From: a virus
Taxonomy: Duplodnaviria; Caudoviricetes
Virus record (IMG/VR): IMGVR_UViG_3300033067_000342
Location: 1 to 42,999 of that record
Length of the DNA stretch: 42,999 bases
Direction: 5' to 3' (one strand)
The notes under the pieces are model-generated. The model was not told the DNA's origin. It was given only the letters and a program-made list of their open reading frames with translations, and ran no database searches. Of this stretch, positions 35,416 through 42,999 are shown piece after piece (within the stretch, counting starts at the first letter, position 1; each line of letters begins with the position of its first letter). The translations under genes were made by a program, and so were the position numbers.

Positions 35416-35811
35416 TTAGCTCCTCCGCACATTAACGCCAACCTGCTCCTCTAGTTTGATAACTTGCGAAAGCGGGGCAGGGATGCTTTCGCCAGAGTCC
35501 TTCAGTTCCCGCAGGTACGCGGAGAGCGAATTCGTATTGTACGTTCGATTGGCCAAGTCTTCAAGCCCTGAATCAATCAAAGCTTGATAAACCTGCTCAG
35601 ACGAAACGCCTTCGTCCTTCTTTGCCCACCATCGCGATGAGCAGTAAACTGTTCCAGCGCCAGTCTTTACGCTCTGGATGTCATCGTCCTGCATCTTGCG
35701 ATACACGACCTCTTCCAGTTGCGAAAGCTTGCGCTTCTTTTCCTTGATCGCTTCCTCTTCGTCACGAATCTCAACCGCTAGCGCGGCGTACTCGGCGTAG
35801 ACGTTACTCAT
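35416..35811 (-). CDS. Conserved phage replication-module protein (coiled-coil plus SVKT..GTV)
   Basis: ATG 35811 preceded by GGAGG. Confidence 0.6.
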   Translation of the reverse strand: MSNVYAEYAALAVEIRDEEEAIKEKKRKLSQLEEVVYRKMQDDDIQSVKTGAGTVYCSSRWWAKKDEGVSSEQVYQALIDSGLEDLANRTYNTNSLSAYLRELKDSGESIPAPLSQVIKLEEQVGVNVRRS

Positions 35812-35989
35812 CTTGTCCTCCAAAAAATATGTTGGCCCATCCAACGCACACCATAGCAAGTCCGGTGAGTCCTGTAAAGCACTCGACGAAAATGTTCGCT
35901 CCGTTGCGGGCCATCGAGTCAGCAATCGCTGCGAACAGGAATCCATTGACTACGAGGATACAGCCTAAGATGTATCTCATTCGATTCAC
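35804..35989 (-). CDS. Small 2-TM membrane protein
   Basis: 61 aa, hydrophobic. Confidence 0.5.
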   Translation of the reverse strand: MNRMRYILGCILVVNGFLFAAIADSMARNGANIFVECFTGLTGLAMVCVGWANIFFGGQDE

Positions 35990-36153
35990 CTGTAAAGAAT
36001 CCAGAAAAATAAAAATACGAACATCGCCGATACGCCTATTGCAACTGGCCGAACATCACTTCCGAACTCGTCGTTCATAATGCTGGCAAAGTAAGCAAAC
36101 ATTATTGCATCAAATGCAACAGTGACAAGCAGCGGTACGCATTCAATGAACAT
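35986..36153 (-). CDS. Small 2-TM membrane protein (55 aa)
   Basis: Own translation MFIECVPLLVTVAFDAIMFAYF...AMFVFLFFWILYR; coupled on both sides. Confidence 0.5.
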   Translation of the reverse strand: MFIECVPLLVTVAFDAIMFAYFASIMNDEFGSDVRPVAIGVSAMFVFLFFWILYR

Positions 36154-36329
36154 CAGGCACCATACTTTCGCAAGGCTGCCTCTGAGAGAGCCTCATATCT
36201 CTCGTAGCTTCTCTTCAACGCCTTCTCCAAACCATCGTGAGCATTGAGCATCTTTACCATCTCGTCCGCAACTCTTTTGCTCCAGCAGACAGCGGCAATT
36301 GCTCCGTCCCACTCAATGACGTATTCCAT
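36153..36329 (-). CDS. Hypothetical protein
   Basis: MEYVIEWDG..., 58 aa. Confidence 0.45.
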   Translation of the reverse strand: MEYVIEWDGAIAAVCWSKRVADEMVKMLNAHDGLEKALKRSYERYEALSEAALRKYGA

Positions 36330-36339
36330 AGCGTCACTT

Positions 36340-37968
36340 CTATAAATTTGCCTTCTTTCGCGAACCGTGAATGATGGACTTCCGTTCTGTGATCCCATAA
36401 ACAATGGCCTCCTCAATAGCTCGTCGTTCCTCGATAGCTGCGTACACTCTCTCGTCGATCGTGTTCGCGGCAACTAGGTGGTAACATGTCACGTGACGCT
36501 TTTGGCCTGGGCGGTGAAGTCGACGTAGCGACTGCTCGAACTCTCCGCTCGACCAACTCAGCGAGTAATATACAGCGTACGCCGCTCGTGTCAAGTCGAT
36601 TCCAACGCCACCAGACTGGATGTTCACACCCATGATGTCGATATCATCGCGCATCATGGCTTCGCTGGTCAGGTCGTTGCGTTGACCAGAAAGCTCACCA
36701 TACCGCAACCCGAACGATTCCGCAATAGCTTTAATCCGCTCAAGGTCGCGAGTGAACTTAGCGAACACCACGATAGGCTCGCCGCGAGGCAAGTCGTCGA
36801 TGATGTCAACCAAGGCGTCTGCCTTTGCCGAATCGTTAAGGTCAACGATCTGGTCGGTGTTGTCGTCCTTGTAGAATCCGCTGGTGATCTGCTGCAGTCG
36901 AATCGTCGTCACCAGCGAGTTTGCCGCAGTCACAACGCCCGACTCAATGTACGCCGCAAGCTCGTCTTGCAATTGCGTATACGAACGCATCGTAGCAGCC
37001 GACAACTCAAACACACGCGACTGGTGCGTGAGCGGCGGCAAGTCAAGCACATCTGATGACACCTCGTACGACAGCAAGCGAAACCGCTCAGTGAACTCGT
37101 CGATGTTTTTGAATGACTTAACCTCATTGAAGAATCCGATCTCCGAGTATCGGCGCTTAAACCGCATATAGTTCGTGCCGAACACGCCTGGGTCCAAGAA
37201 CATGAATTGACTCCATGCGTCCAGGATGTCGTGCGGAATTGGCGTACCAGACAAGTTAAGCCGATGGCCAGCCATGCGGCCAAGCTTATGAACCAACTTC
37301 GCAGTCACTCCGCTCGGCGCTTTTGTTCGGTGAGCCTCGTCGCACACCACGCAATCCCAAGACTGAGACGTTGCCCAGTCAGCGAACTCCTTGCAACGAG
37401 CCGCCTCATAGTTAATCACCAGCGCAGTCGGCTGGCCAGTCGACAAGGCTTGGCGAGCCTGCTGCACCTTCTTGGCCGTATTGCCAGTGACAATCGGAAC
37501 CACATTGCAATCGAAGTTGGCATGGCGAGCGAACTCGCGAGGCCAGACACGGACCACGCTCTTCGGTGTCAAGATCAGCGTCCGCTTGTGGTCTCGCATC
37601 GAACCGATGGTGGTCAGCGATTTTCCTGTGCCTGGTGCCATCGCAAGATACGCACCGCTCGCCTTGTTCACGAAGTCAATGCCGCGAGCCTGATGCTTCC
37701 ACGGCTTCGTCTTCAGCATCGGATACGTGCCGCCATCACCACGCTCTTTGAGCGATGACACCGACTCTGCGGCGGCGCGTACGCCAACATCAGCGTTGAT
37801 TGGCTCGGCAATGCTGCGCATCAAATCCCAGCACGCTACTGGCGTAAACTGGAACGTGAAGTGATTCCCGCGCACGCGAGCGTATGGCATCTGCAAAAGA
37901 AGTTCTCGCAGCTTACTGCCGTAGTCGTCGACGTACACAAGACGACCGTCCGTGGTTGCATTAGCCAT
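36340..37968 (-). CDS. SNF2-family (SF2) helicase
   Basis: LAMAPGTGKS, VVCDEAH, LSGTP, SGGVGIDLT, QSLRRLHRPGQ; start ATG 37968. Confidence 0.9.
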   Translation of the reverse strand: MANATTDGRLVYVDDYGSKLRELLLQMPYARVRGNHFTFQFTPVACWDLMRSIAEPINADVGVRAAAESVSSLKERGDGGTYPMLKTKPWKHQARGIDFVNKASGAYLAMAPGTGKSLTTIGSMRDHKRTLILTPKSVVRVWPREFARHANFDCNVVPIVTGNTAKKVQQARQALSTGQPTALVINYEAARCKEFADWATSQSWDCVVCDEAHRTKAPSGVTAKLVHKLGRMAGHRLNLSGTPIPHDILDAWSQFMFLDPGVFGTNYMRFKRRYSEIGFFNEVKSFKNIDEFTERFRLLSYEVSSDVLDLPPLTHQSRVFELSAATMRSYTQLQDELAAYIESGVVTAANSLVTTIRLQQITSGFYKDDNTDQIVDLNDSAKADALVDIIDDLPRGEPIVVFAKFTRDLERIKAIAESFGLRYGELSGQRNDLTSEAMMRDDIDIMGVNIQSGGVGIDLTRAAYAVYYSLSWSSGEFEQSLRRLHRPGQKRHVTCYHLVAANTIDERVYAAIEERRAIEEAIVYGITERKSIIHGSRKKANL

Positions 37969-38344
37969 TATCTCGTATCCTCGTGAAATCAAAGTTAGTT
38001 CGTGCGTCCTTGCCCTTAGTGAGCATCGCCGCATAGTCGTATGCAATCGCTGCGTCAGTGTCGTTGTCGAAGTAGCCAAGCTTGACTATCTTGGCACCCA
38101 CACGTATGTTAGCTCGCCATCGATGCTTGTGCTTGAAGACACCGATGAGCTTCCTATCACCTGGCGTAGAGATGGCAGTCTCGGGAGGTACTCTTCTAGC
38201 AAGTCGCCCCTTAAGTTCATTCAGCCCGCACTTGCATTCCGGCTGGGCAATCCAGTCCCTGATGGTGTGCGACCTTCCGAAAGCGCTAAGCATAGCTTCT
38301 CCTTCAGTTCTGTCAAGCTCTTGCCGTATGGCGGCTGAAGCCAT
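37961..38344 (-). CDS. AP2/ERF DNA-binding domain protein
   Basis: GV...RWRANI...LGYFD...AAIAYDYAA...G..ARTNF; alternative start ATG 38293 with AGGAG. Confidence 0.8.
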   Translation of the reverse strand: MASAAIRQELDRTEGEAMLSAFGRSHTIRDWIAQPECKCGLNELKGRLARRVPPETAISTPGDRKLIGVFKHKHRWRANIRVGAKIVKLGYFDNDTDAAIAYDYAAMLTKGKDARTNFDFTRIRDNG

Positions 38345-38460
38345 GTCCGATGCGGAAACTTAACCGGACGGTGCGGCTCGACTGTTACCTGGATTTCAAC
38401 CTTGCATCCAAACTTCTCAGCCAAGTTCGCGATGGCATCCAACTCATCATTGATCGTCAT
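38221..38460 (-). CDS. Hypothetical protein
   Basis: ATG 38460 preceded by GGAG; 3' end overlaps the AP2 gene. Confidence 0.35.
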   Translation of the reverse strand: MTINDELDAIANLAEKFGCKVEIQVTVEPHRPVKFPHRTWLQPPYGKSLTELKEKLCLALSEGRTPSGTGLPSRNASAG

Positions 38461-38629
38461 TAGTCAACTCCATAAGGTTAGGTATCTTGCAGCGAAGCAC
38501 CGACAAAGGATCGATGTCTCTGCCGTCCTTAATTGTCGTCTCTAGTCGCGAGTCGGTTCGACTGCCGCTGACAAAGGCTTTGCCTGCTGGTGCGTAGACG
38601 TTGACGCGGATAAAGATGTCGGCTTCCAT
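38447..38629 (-). CDS. Hypothetical protein
   Basis: 60 aa, GGAG SD. Confidence 0.45.
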   Translation of the reverse strand: MEADIFIRVNVYAPAGKAFVSGSRTDSRLETTIKDGRDIDPLSVLRCKIPNLMELTNDDQ

Positions 38630-38707
38630 ATTAGCTTCTCCATTGCGTGTTGCAAGAACTCGTTTTCTATTTCTATTACTTTGCCGCAGGTGGTTTTAAT
38701 CTCCATG

Positions 38708-38884
38708 CTACACCGGCATCCACTTGTCGAATGCGTCGTGACTATAGCAATTGCCAGCAGCGTCTTCCCAGTGCGGGCGAACGCCGTCATGTCCGTGGAT
38801 GGCCTTGGCTTTCAGGTAAGTTCCGTTGTATAGCACCCACACGAACCGATTGTTCGGTGGTGTCGATGTCATCCATTCAACCAT
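38708..38884 (-). CDS. Small DUF551-like protein
   Basis: Own translation MVEWMTSTPPNNRFVWVLYNG...HWED...DKWMPV. Confidence 0.45.
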   Translation of the reverse strand: MVEWMTSTPPNNRFVWVLYNGTYLKAKAIHGHDGVRPHWEDAAGNCYSHDAFDKWMPV

Positions 38885-39035
38885 CATCTCTAAATCCTTT
38901 CATTTTAGCTTTTCTCATGTTAGCCATCATATCGCGAGCCTGACTTTCCGTAAAGCCAAACTTGCGACACGATCGCGATATCAGTCGCTTGAAAACAATG
39001 TGCTTACGACAAAGCTCAGCGTGTCTATTCACCAT
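38877..39035 (-). CDS. Hypothetical protein
   Basis: MVNRHAELCRK..., 52 aa. Confidence 0.4.
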   Translation of the reverse strand: MVNRHAELCRKHIVFKRLISRSCRKFGFTESQARDMMANMRKAKMKGFRDDG

Positions 39036-39207
39036 CGTCGCTGTCCACAAGTACGTGATCCTTGATGATCTCCGCCAAGCCCAGCGCTTGGAGAGCGTTG
39101 CCCATGTACACTGCCATCGTCTTCGGCTCATCATACGCCGCGAACACGGCGCAGTCAAACCTGGACATAAGTTCATCAATCAAGTCGTTCGTCGCGATCT
39201 CGTCCAT
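39025..39207 (-). CDS. Hypothetical protein
   Basis: 60 aa, GGAG SD. Confidence 0.5.
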   Translation of the reverse strand: MDEIATNDLIDELMSRFDCAVFAAYDEPKTMAVYMGNALQALGLAEIIKDHVLVDSDDGE

Positions 39208-39229
39208 CGTCTATGCTCCGGTAGTATTG

Positions 39230-39916
39230 CTAAGTAACAACCCATGACAATTCCTCCTTGATTCGCTTGAACACGCGGCTCTTGATGACTGTATTGTAGT
39301 TCGGCGCGCATGCACCGCACTTCTTGACGCCGACTCCGCGAAGATAGTTCTCCATGAACCCTTTGTCAAGTGGCCTTAGCTCAGAAACAAATTTTCTCAC
39401 CGTAGCGATCTTTTCATTGCGTTCGGCAATGTCGGCAGGGTCTTCCTCGTATCGCACAGGCATCTCAGCACACGATGCCTGCTCGCCTTCATTGAACACT
39501 TGACATGCTTCGAGATTCATGACATCTGGCATGAACTTGCTGGGTATCCCCATTCGCTTGCGATACCGGCTGTTCTCGATCACGTTGCGTGGTGCGTAGA
39601 GCAGGTAAAGGTTCTTATTATACCACTCCATGATCTGTTGGTAAATCCACATGTGTGCAACGGTCACGAAGCGATTGCCGCGAGACGGATCAAACTTCTC
39701 GTACGCCATCACCACGCCAGTCATGCCTGCGCTGATCGCGTCCTCGTCGTCGTGGAACCGCTTTGCCATCTTAAGCACGAGAGGCCACTGCGACTTAACT
39801 AGCGTGTCCTTAGCGCGGGCGTCACCGGCGCGGGCTGCGCGGAAGAGGGCAAGCTCCTCCTCTCGGTCATTGATTACGCGGGCATCACTGCCCACGATGA
39901 TTTCTTTCCAGGTCAT
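39230..39916 (-). CDS. Sigma70-family RNA polymerase sigma factor
   Basis: Region 1.2/2 motifs EELALFRAARAGD..A...LV...PLV..MAKRF and AYEKFDPSRGNRFVTVAHMWI. Confidence 0.85.
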   Translation of the reverse strand: MTWKEIIVGSDARVINDREEELALFRAARAGDARAKDTLVKSQWPLVLKMAKRFHDDEDAISAGMTGVVMAYEKFDPSRGNRFVTVAHMWIYQQIMEWYNKNLYLLYAPRNVIENSRYRKRMGIPSKFMPDVMNLEACQVFNEGEQASCAEMPVRYEEDPADIAERNEKIATVRKFVSELRPLDKGFMENYLRGVGVKKCGACAPNYNTVIKSRVFKRIKEELSWVVT

Positions 39917-39949
39917 AAACTGTCCTAGTGTGTGTAAATGCTCTCGATA

Positions 39950-40150
39950 CTAGCGTTCATTGCGACTACTCCATTCCGGCATTTCAATAGCCGCGTAGCA
40001 TCCATGAATCCTGCGTTTAAGCTGCCGTCCAGTCAATATCTCGGGATTGTACAAGTAAGTTCCTCCTTCTTGCCTAACCCCAATAGCAAAGGTGATATAT
40101 CTTGAATCGTCATTAGCCACCGAGTAATCAACTATCCATGCGGTTGTCAT
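39950..40150 (-). CDS. Hypothetical protein
   Basis: 66 aa, TAATG coupling. Confidence 0.45.
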   Translation of the reverse strand: MTTAWIVDYSVANDDSRYITFAIGVRQEGGTYLYNPEILTGRQLKRRIHGCYAAIEMPEWSSRNER

Positions 40151-40374
40151 TAGCCCCTCGCTTTCAACATGGCGTCGGCCATGAGGTATGCTTGACGAGC
40201 GATGAAATCGCGACCAAAATCAGATGCCATTGATGGCTCATTGATAATCGCAGGCAATGCCTTGGCGGCAAAGTAGTCGCGGAGCGTCATGCCCGACTGA
40301 GGGCAAAGCTCGCTCTCATCAAAATCTTCTCGGTTATCAACTTGAATTAGCTGTCTAGGAAATGCTGGAATCAT
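40150..40374 (-). CDS. Conserved phage protein (GMTLRDYFAAKA family)
   Basis: PAFP...GMTLRDYFAAKAL...AYLMADAMLKAR. Confidence 0.75.
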   Translation of the reverse strand: MIPAFPRQLIQVDNREDFDESELCPQSGMTLRDYFAAKALPAIINEPSMASDFGRDFIARQAYLMADAMLKARG

Positions 40375-40528
40375 CACGCTTCCTCCGAATCTCTTCGCGG
40401 TCAATCGAAACTTCCTTTGGGCCTTCAAACCCAAGGCGAACACGACCACTCGTGCAGTCAATCACGGTGAGCACAATGTCCTCGCCGATCATGATACGCT
40501 CGCCGATCTTACGGGTCAAGACTAACAT
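40355..40528 (-). CDS. csrA: Carbon storage regulator CsrA
   Basis: MLVLTRKIGERIMIGEDIVLTV...RVRLGFEGPKEVSIDREEI. Confidence 0.92.
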   Translation of the reverse strand: MLVLTRKIGERIMIGEDIVLTVIDCTSGRVRLGFEGPKEVSIDREEIRRKRDDSSIS

Positions 40529-40752
40529 TCTTCGTACTCCTTGTCTTTGAGGACACCAATGCTTTCGCACAGTTTTGTGATTGCGTCATCTTTCGTTAAG
40601 GCGCAGGTTGGTCCGTGCGTCGCTCGGTATTGAGGGCCAGGGACTAATGACGCCAGCCACCTATTGTCGTGGAACTCAAGCATAAGGTGAAGGTTCCGCT
40701 CGTCTGCTAAGTCCTTGAGCGTGCGACCCTTCTCGCGTATGTAGACTCTCAC
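40522..40752 (-). CDS. Early paralog family member 4
   Basis: TLKDLA...WLASL...TKDDAITKLC. Confidence 0.6.
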   Translation of the reverse strand: MRVYIREKGRTLKDLADERNLHLMLEFHDNRWLASLVPGPQYRATHGPTCALTKDDAITKLCESIGVLKDKEYEEC

Positions 40753-41000
40753 TCCGCAGCCTCCAGGTCAGTGCCGGGGATAACTGTTAACATCGGACAA
40801 CTAATCCTTCCGCATAGATTGTCTATCGCCTTATCAATGGTAGACATGGCGGCTCCGTAGTACACGGATTTGCCGTTGCGTACGAGTGAGGCGTACCAGC
40901 AAATTCCGGCTTGCCTGACCACGATTTCATACCCTCGCTGAGTACAGTACTCACTAAGCGTCAGCGTCTGAGGGGCGGTGCGGACTACACGGTACTTCAT
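40749..41000 (-). CDS. Early paralog family member 3
   Basis: TLTLSEYC...WYASL...TIDKAIDNLC...VIPGTDLE. Confidence 0.65.
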   Translation of the reverse strand: MKYRVVRTAPQTLTLSEYCTQRGYEIVVRQAGICWYASLVRNGKSVYYGAAMSTIDKAIDNLCGRISCPMLTVIPGTDLEAAE

Positions 41001-41218
41001 TACTCGACTCCTTCAAGATCGCTACCTGGGATGACGTTAAAATTACCTTGCGAGAGCTTGATGCACAAGAGCTTAATCGCTCCGTCTATCGTGTCGGCCA
41101 ACTCACCGCGATATCCTTTTGCACTTGCGATCCAGCCGTCTGGGTACTCGGTCACGCGAAGATCGTCGCAGTACTCGCTGAGTGTGATGGTTCGGCGTGG
41201 GATGATGATATACTTCAT
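41000..41218 (-). CDS. Early paralog family member 2
   Basis: TITLSEYC...GWIAS...TIDGAIKLLC...VIPGSDLE; ATG 41218. Confidence 0.65.
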   Translation of the reverse strand: MKYIIIPRRTITLSEYCDDLRVTEYPDGWIASAKGYRGELADTIDGAIKLLCIKLSQGNFNVIPGSDLEGVE

Positions 41219-41607
41219 GATATCCTCTCGAAGAATGAGTCCAACTCTGGGCATCCATACGTCACCTGATCTTTAGATAAGCCAGTGAGGCTCATGATGT
41301 CGGCGACCGTCAGATTGTGTTTATGACGTAAGTATGCGTAGGTGTCAATGGGGATTTCTGAAGAATATCCAGATGGCATCGCGTCCGGAGGCATGGTGTC
41401 GCCGGGGATCACACGTACGTGGCCGTTACTAACGCTGCCGCAAAGGTCTCTCATTGCTAGACCTTGAGTGTCTGCGCAACAGCCCGAGACTGTCGCTGGC
41501 ATATCTCCGTGCCGGATAGCAACGGCAGTCCATCCGTCCTGGCTATGAACCAAACAAGGCGACAGACCTCTGGCGCGGCAGAACTGCTCAATAGTGATCG
41601 TCTTCAT
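41215..41607 (-). CDS. Early paralog family member 1, with a C-terminal module shared with the XRE protein
   Basis: TITIEQFC...GWTAV...TQGLAMRDLC...VIPGD, then KHNLTVADIMSLTGL. Confidence 0.65.
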   Translation of the reverse strand: MKTITIEQFCRARGLSPCLVHSQDGWTAVAIRHGDMPATVSGCCADTQGLAMRDLCGSVSNGHVRVIPGDTMPPDAMPSGYSSEIPIDTYAYLRHKHNLTVADIMSLTGLSKDQVTYGCPELDSFFERIS

Positions 41608-42284
41608 TATGACTCCAGCTTGGCAAAGAAATCGTCCAACTCATCGCAGCCGTTGAGAACCTGACTGTGAGTTAGACCAGTAAGCGAGGTGATGTCGTCC
41701 ACAGTGAGATGGTGTTTTTCCATCATATACTTGATCTTGTCCATCGGCGGCTCGTATCGCTGTGGCTCGCCAGTTTCCAGGAAATCCAAGATCGCCTTCA
41801 CTATCCTGGTTCCACACATGCCTCGCTCGGCTCGGCTAAGCTCCGGCTGGCTAATGTTCAGCGACGAAGCCACGAACTCCTGAGACCAGCCGCGAGCACG
41901 ACGCTTGGCGAGCAGTATGTTTTTGGTAGGACCAAGGATAGCCTGGATATTACAGCCTACCTGCAAAGCTAGGTAGGCTGGGTTGTGTGGCTTAACTAGG
42001 CCGTCCTCGATCATGCGGTAAAGTGAAGTCGTTAGATTGCACTTCATCGCCATGTCTTCCACGGACCTGTTGCCTCTCGCTCGACGCATCTCTTGCCTTC
42101 CGACGGGAATGATGAGCGACTCGATGGCATTTACGACCACGGGTGGTAGGTGGCCATCGATGGCAAGTTGGATAACATGGGCTGGTACGGTAGTCATTTT
42201 TGCGACTGTTTCGACGGAATTGCCATGTAGTTGCATAGGTGGAACTTCTGCGTTTTGGGGGTCGACTTTTTGTTTTGTCGTCAT
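41607..42284 (-). CDS. Multi-HTH XRE-family transcriptional regulator
   Basis: MRRARGNRSVEDMA...YRMIEDG and RRARGWSQEFVASSLNISQPELSRAERG. Confidence 0.75.
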   Translation of the reverse strand: MTTKQKVDPQNAEVPPMQLHGNSVETVAKMTTVPAHVIQLAIDGHLPPVVVNAIESLIIPVGRQEMRRARGNRSVEDMAMKCNLTTSLYRMIEDGLVKPHNPAYLALQVGCNIQAILGPTKNILLAKRRARGWSQEFVASSLNISQPELSRAERGMCGTRIVKAILDFLETGEPQRYEPPMDKIKYMMEKHHLTVDDITSLTGLTHSQVLNGCDELDDFFAKLES

Positions 42285-42980
42285 AAGTCGTTATCTGGTA
42301 AGGGTTTGCGAAAACGGGTGCACAGGACTTTGCGCGGGCACTTTTGAAACTGACTTTTGCCTCTGTTGTTAATAATAACGCTAATCATTAACAAAGAAAA
42401 GAAATCTTAAAAAAGAAGTTCCATTGCACGAGGGCACCTAAGTCCTTGTCACATAAGGACTTAGGTGGGCGTAGCTGCCCATCTTAACACTGACACAATT
42501 GGACTCCTTAATACGCCAAAAAAAGGCTAGGCGTTTTTTAGCTCTATATATAGGGAAAGAATCCACCCCTGTGGGTGGTGTGTAAAAGAGCGAAGCTCTC
42601 ACGGGCTCGCTATACGGCGATCTGTGGCTTGAACGATGCCGGAGACCATCAGGCAAATAAAACGCTGCAGAGGGACTCTCACGCATCCTAGTGGCATTTT
42701 AAGGGGTGAAGCTACAATACCCCCCATCGCGATTTCCAGTGGGGGCCAGGTCCCCCCTAGTGGGCTGTGTGTACATTTGTCCAGTGCCCTGTCGCACTTG
42801 CAACTCAGTTGCATCTTGACGTAACCCCTTACGCCGCAATGGGTTACAACGCATAAGCCGATCACGATGCGATCGCGGTGGGCGACGATGGCGGGGTGAG
42901 CGCGCTACCATCGGCAGGATTCTGGGTGGCGCGTCTCATTTTGAGACAGAACGTAAGTCGTTTGCTGCTAAGGACTTACG
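42284..42980. repeat. Four palindromes TAASYC-N-TT-N7-AA-N-GRSTTA
   Basis: Cores at 42284-42308 (degenerate right arm), 42439-42463, 42822-42846 and 42954-42978. Confidence 0.75.
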
Positions 42981-42999
42981 ACGATTCCACCGCAGATAT

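Noticed and set aside
96-42824. Numerous plus-strand ORFs in the six-frame track
   Set aside because: They are antisense shadows of coupled minus-strand genes and show no recognisable motifs.
1-42999. tRNA, rRNA, integrase, or stop-codon recoding
   Set aside because: No cloverleaf or integrase motif was noticed by eye, and long genes read through in the standard code using all three stops.

Overview
About 43 kb of a tailed dsDNA phage with podovirus-like architecture; every credible gene is on the minus strand. Reading in transcription order (right to left): a 0.7-kb non-coding end with repeated 25-bp palindromes; early and regulatory genes (XRE-type HTH, a tandem paralog array, CsrA, sigma70-family factor, AP2-domain protein); replication (SNF2 helicase, SSB, AEP/RepB-like primase, UvrD helicase, VRR-NUC, DNA methyltransferase); nucleotide enzymes (metallophosphoesterase, HD hydrolase, DUF5664); scaffold, major capsid and decoration; a lysis-like block with no recognisable lysozyme or amidase but a secreted thioredoxin and a papain-like C1 peptidase; then terminase, portal, fibres, adaptor, nozzle and ejection-like proteins. 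Three inteins of three different types interrupt TerL, the C1 peptidase and UvrD. The most striking unexplained signals are: (1) a 17-nt dual-coding stop/start junction (RTGAARRCSYTRTTTGA) present six times, giving small proteins an N-terminal MK(T/A)LFD tag; (2) a holin + thioredoxin + intein-locked cysteine protease module; (3) four palindromes of identical geometry at the right end; (4) a structured RNA leader before the capsid gene. A Planctomycetota host is an inference only. All product calls come from motif recognition by eye; no database search was run.
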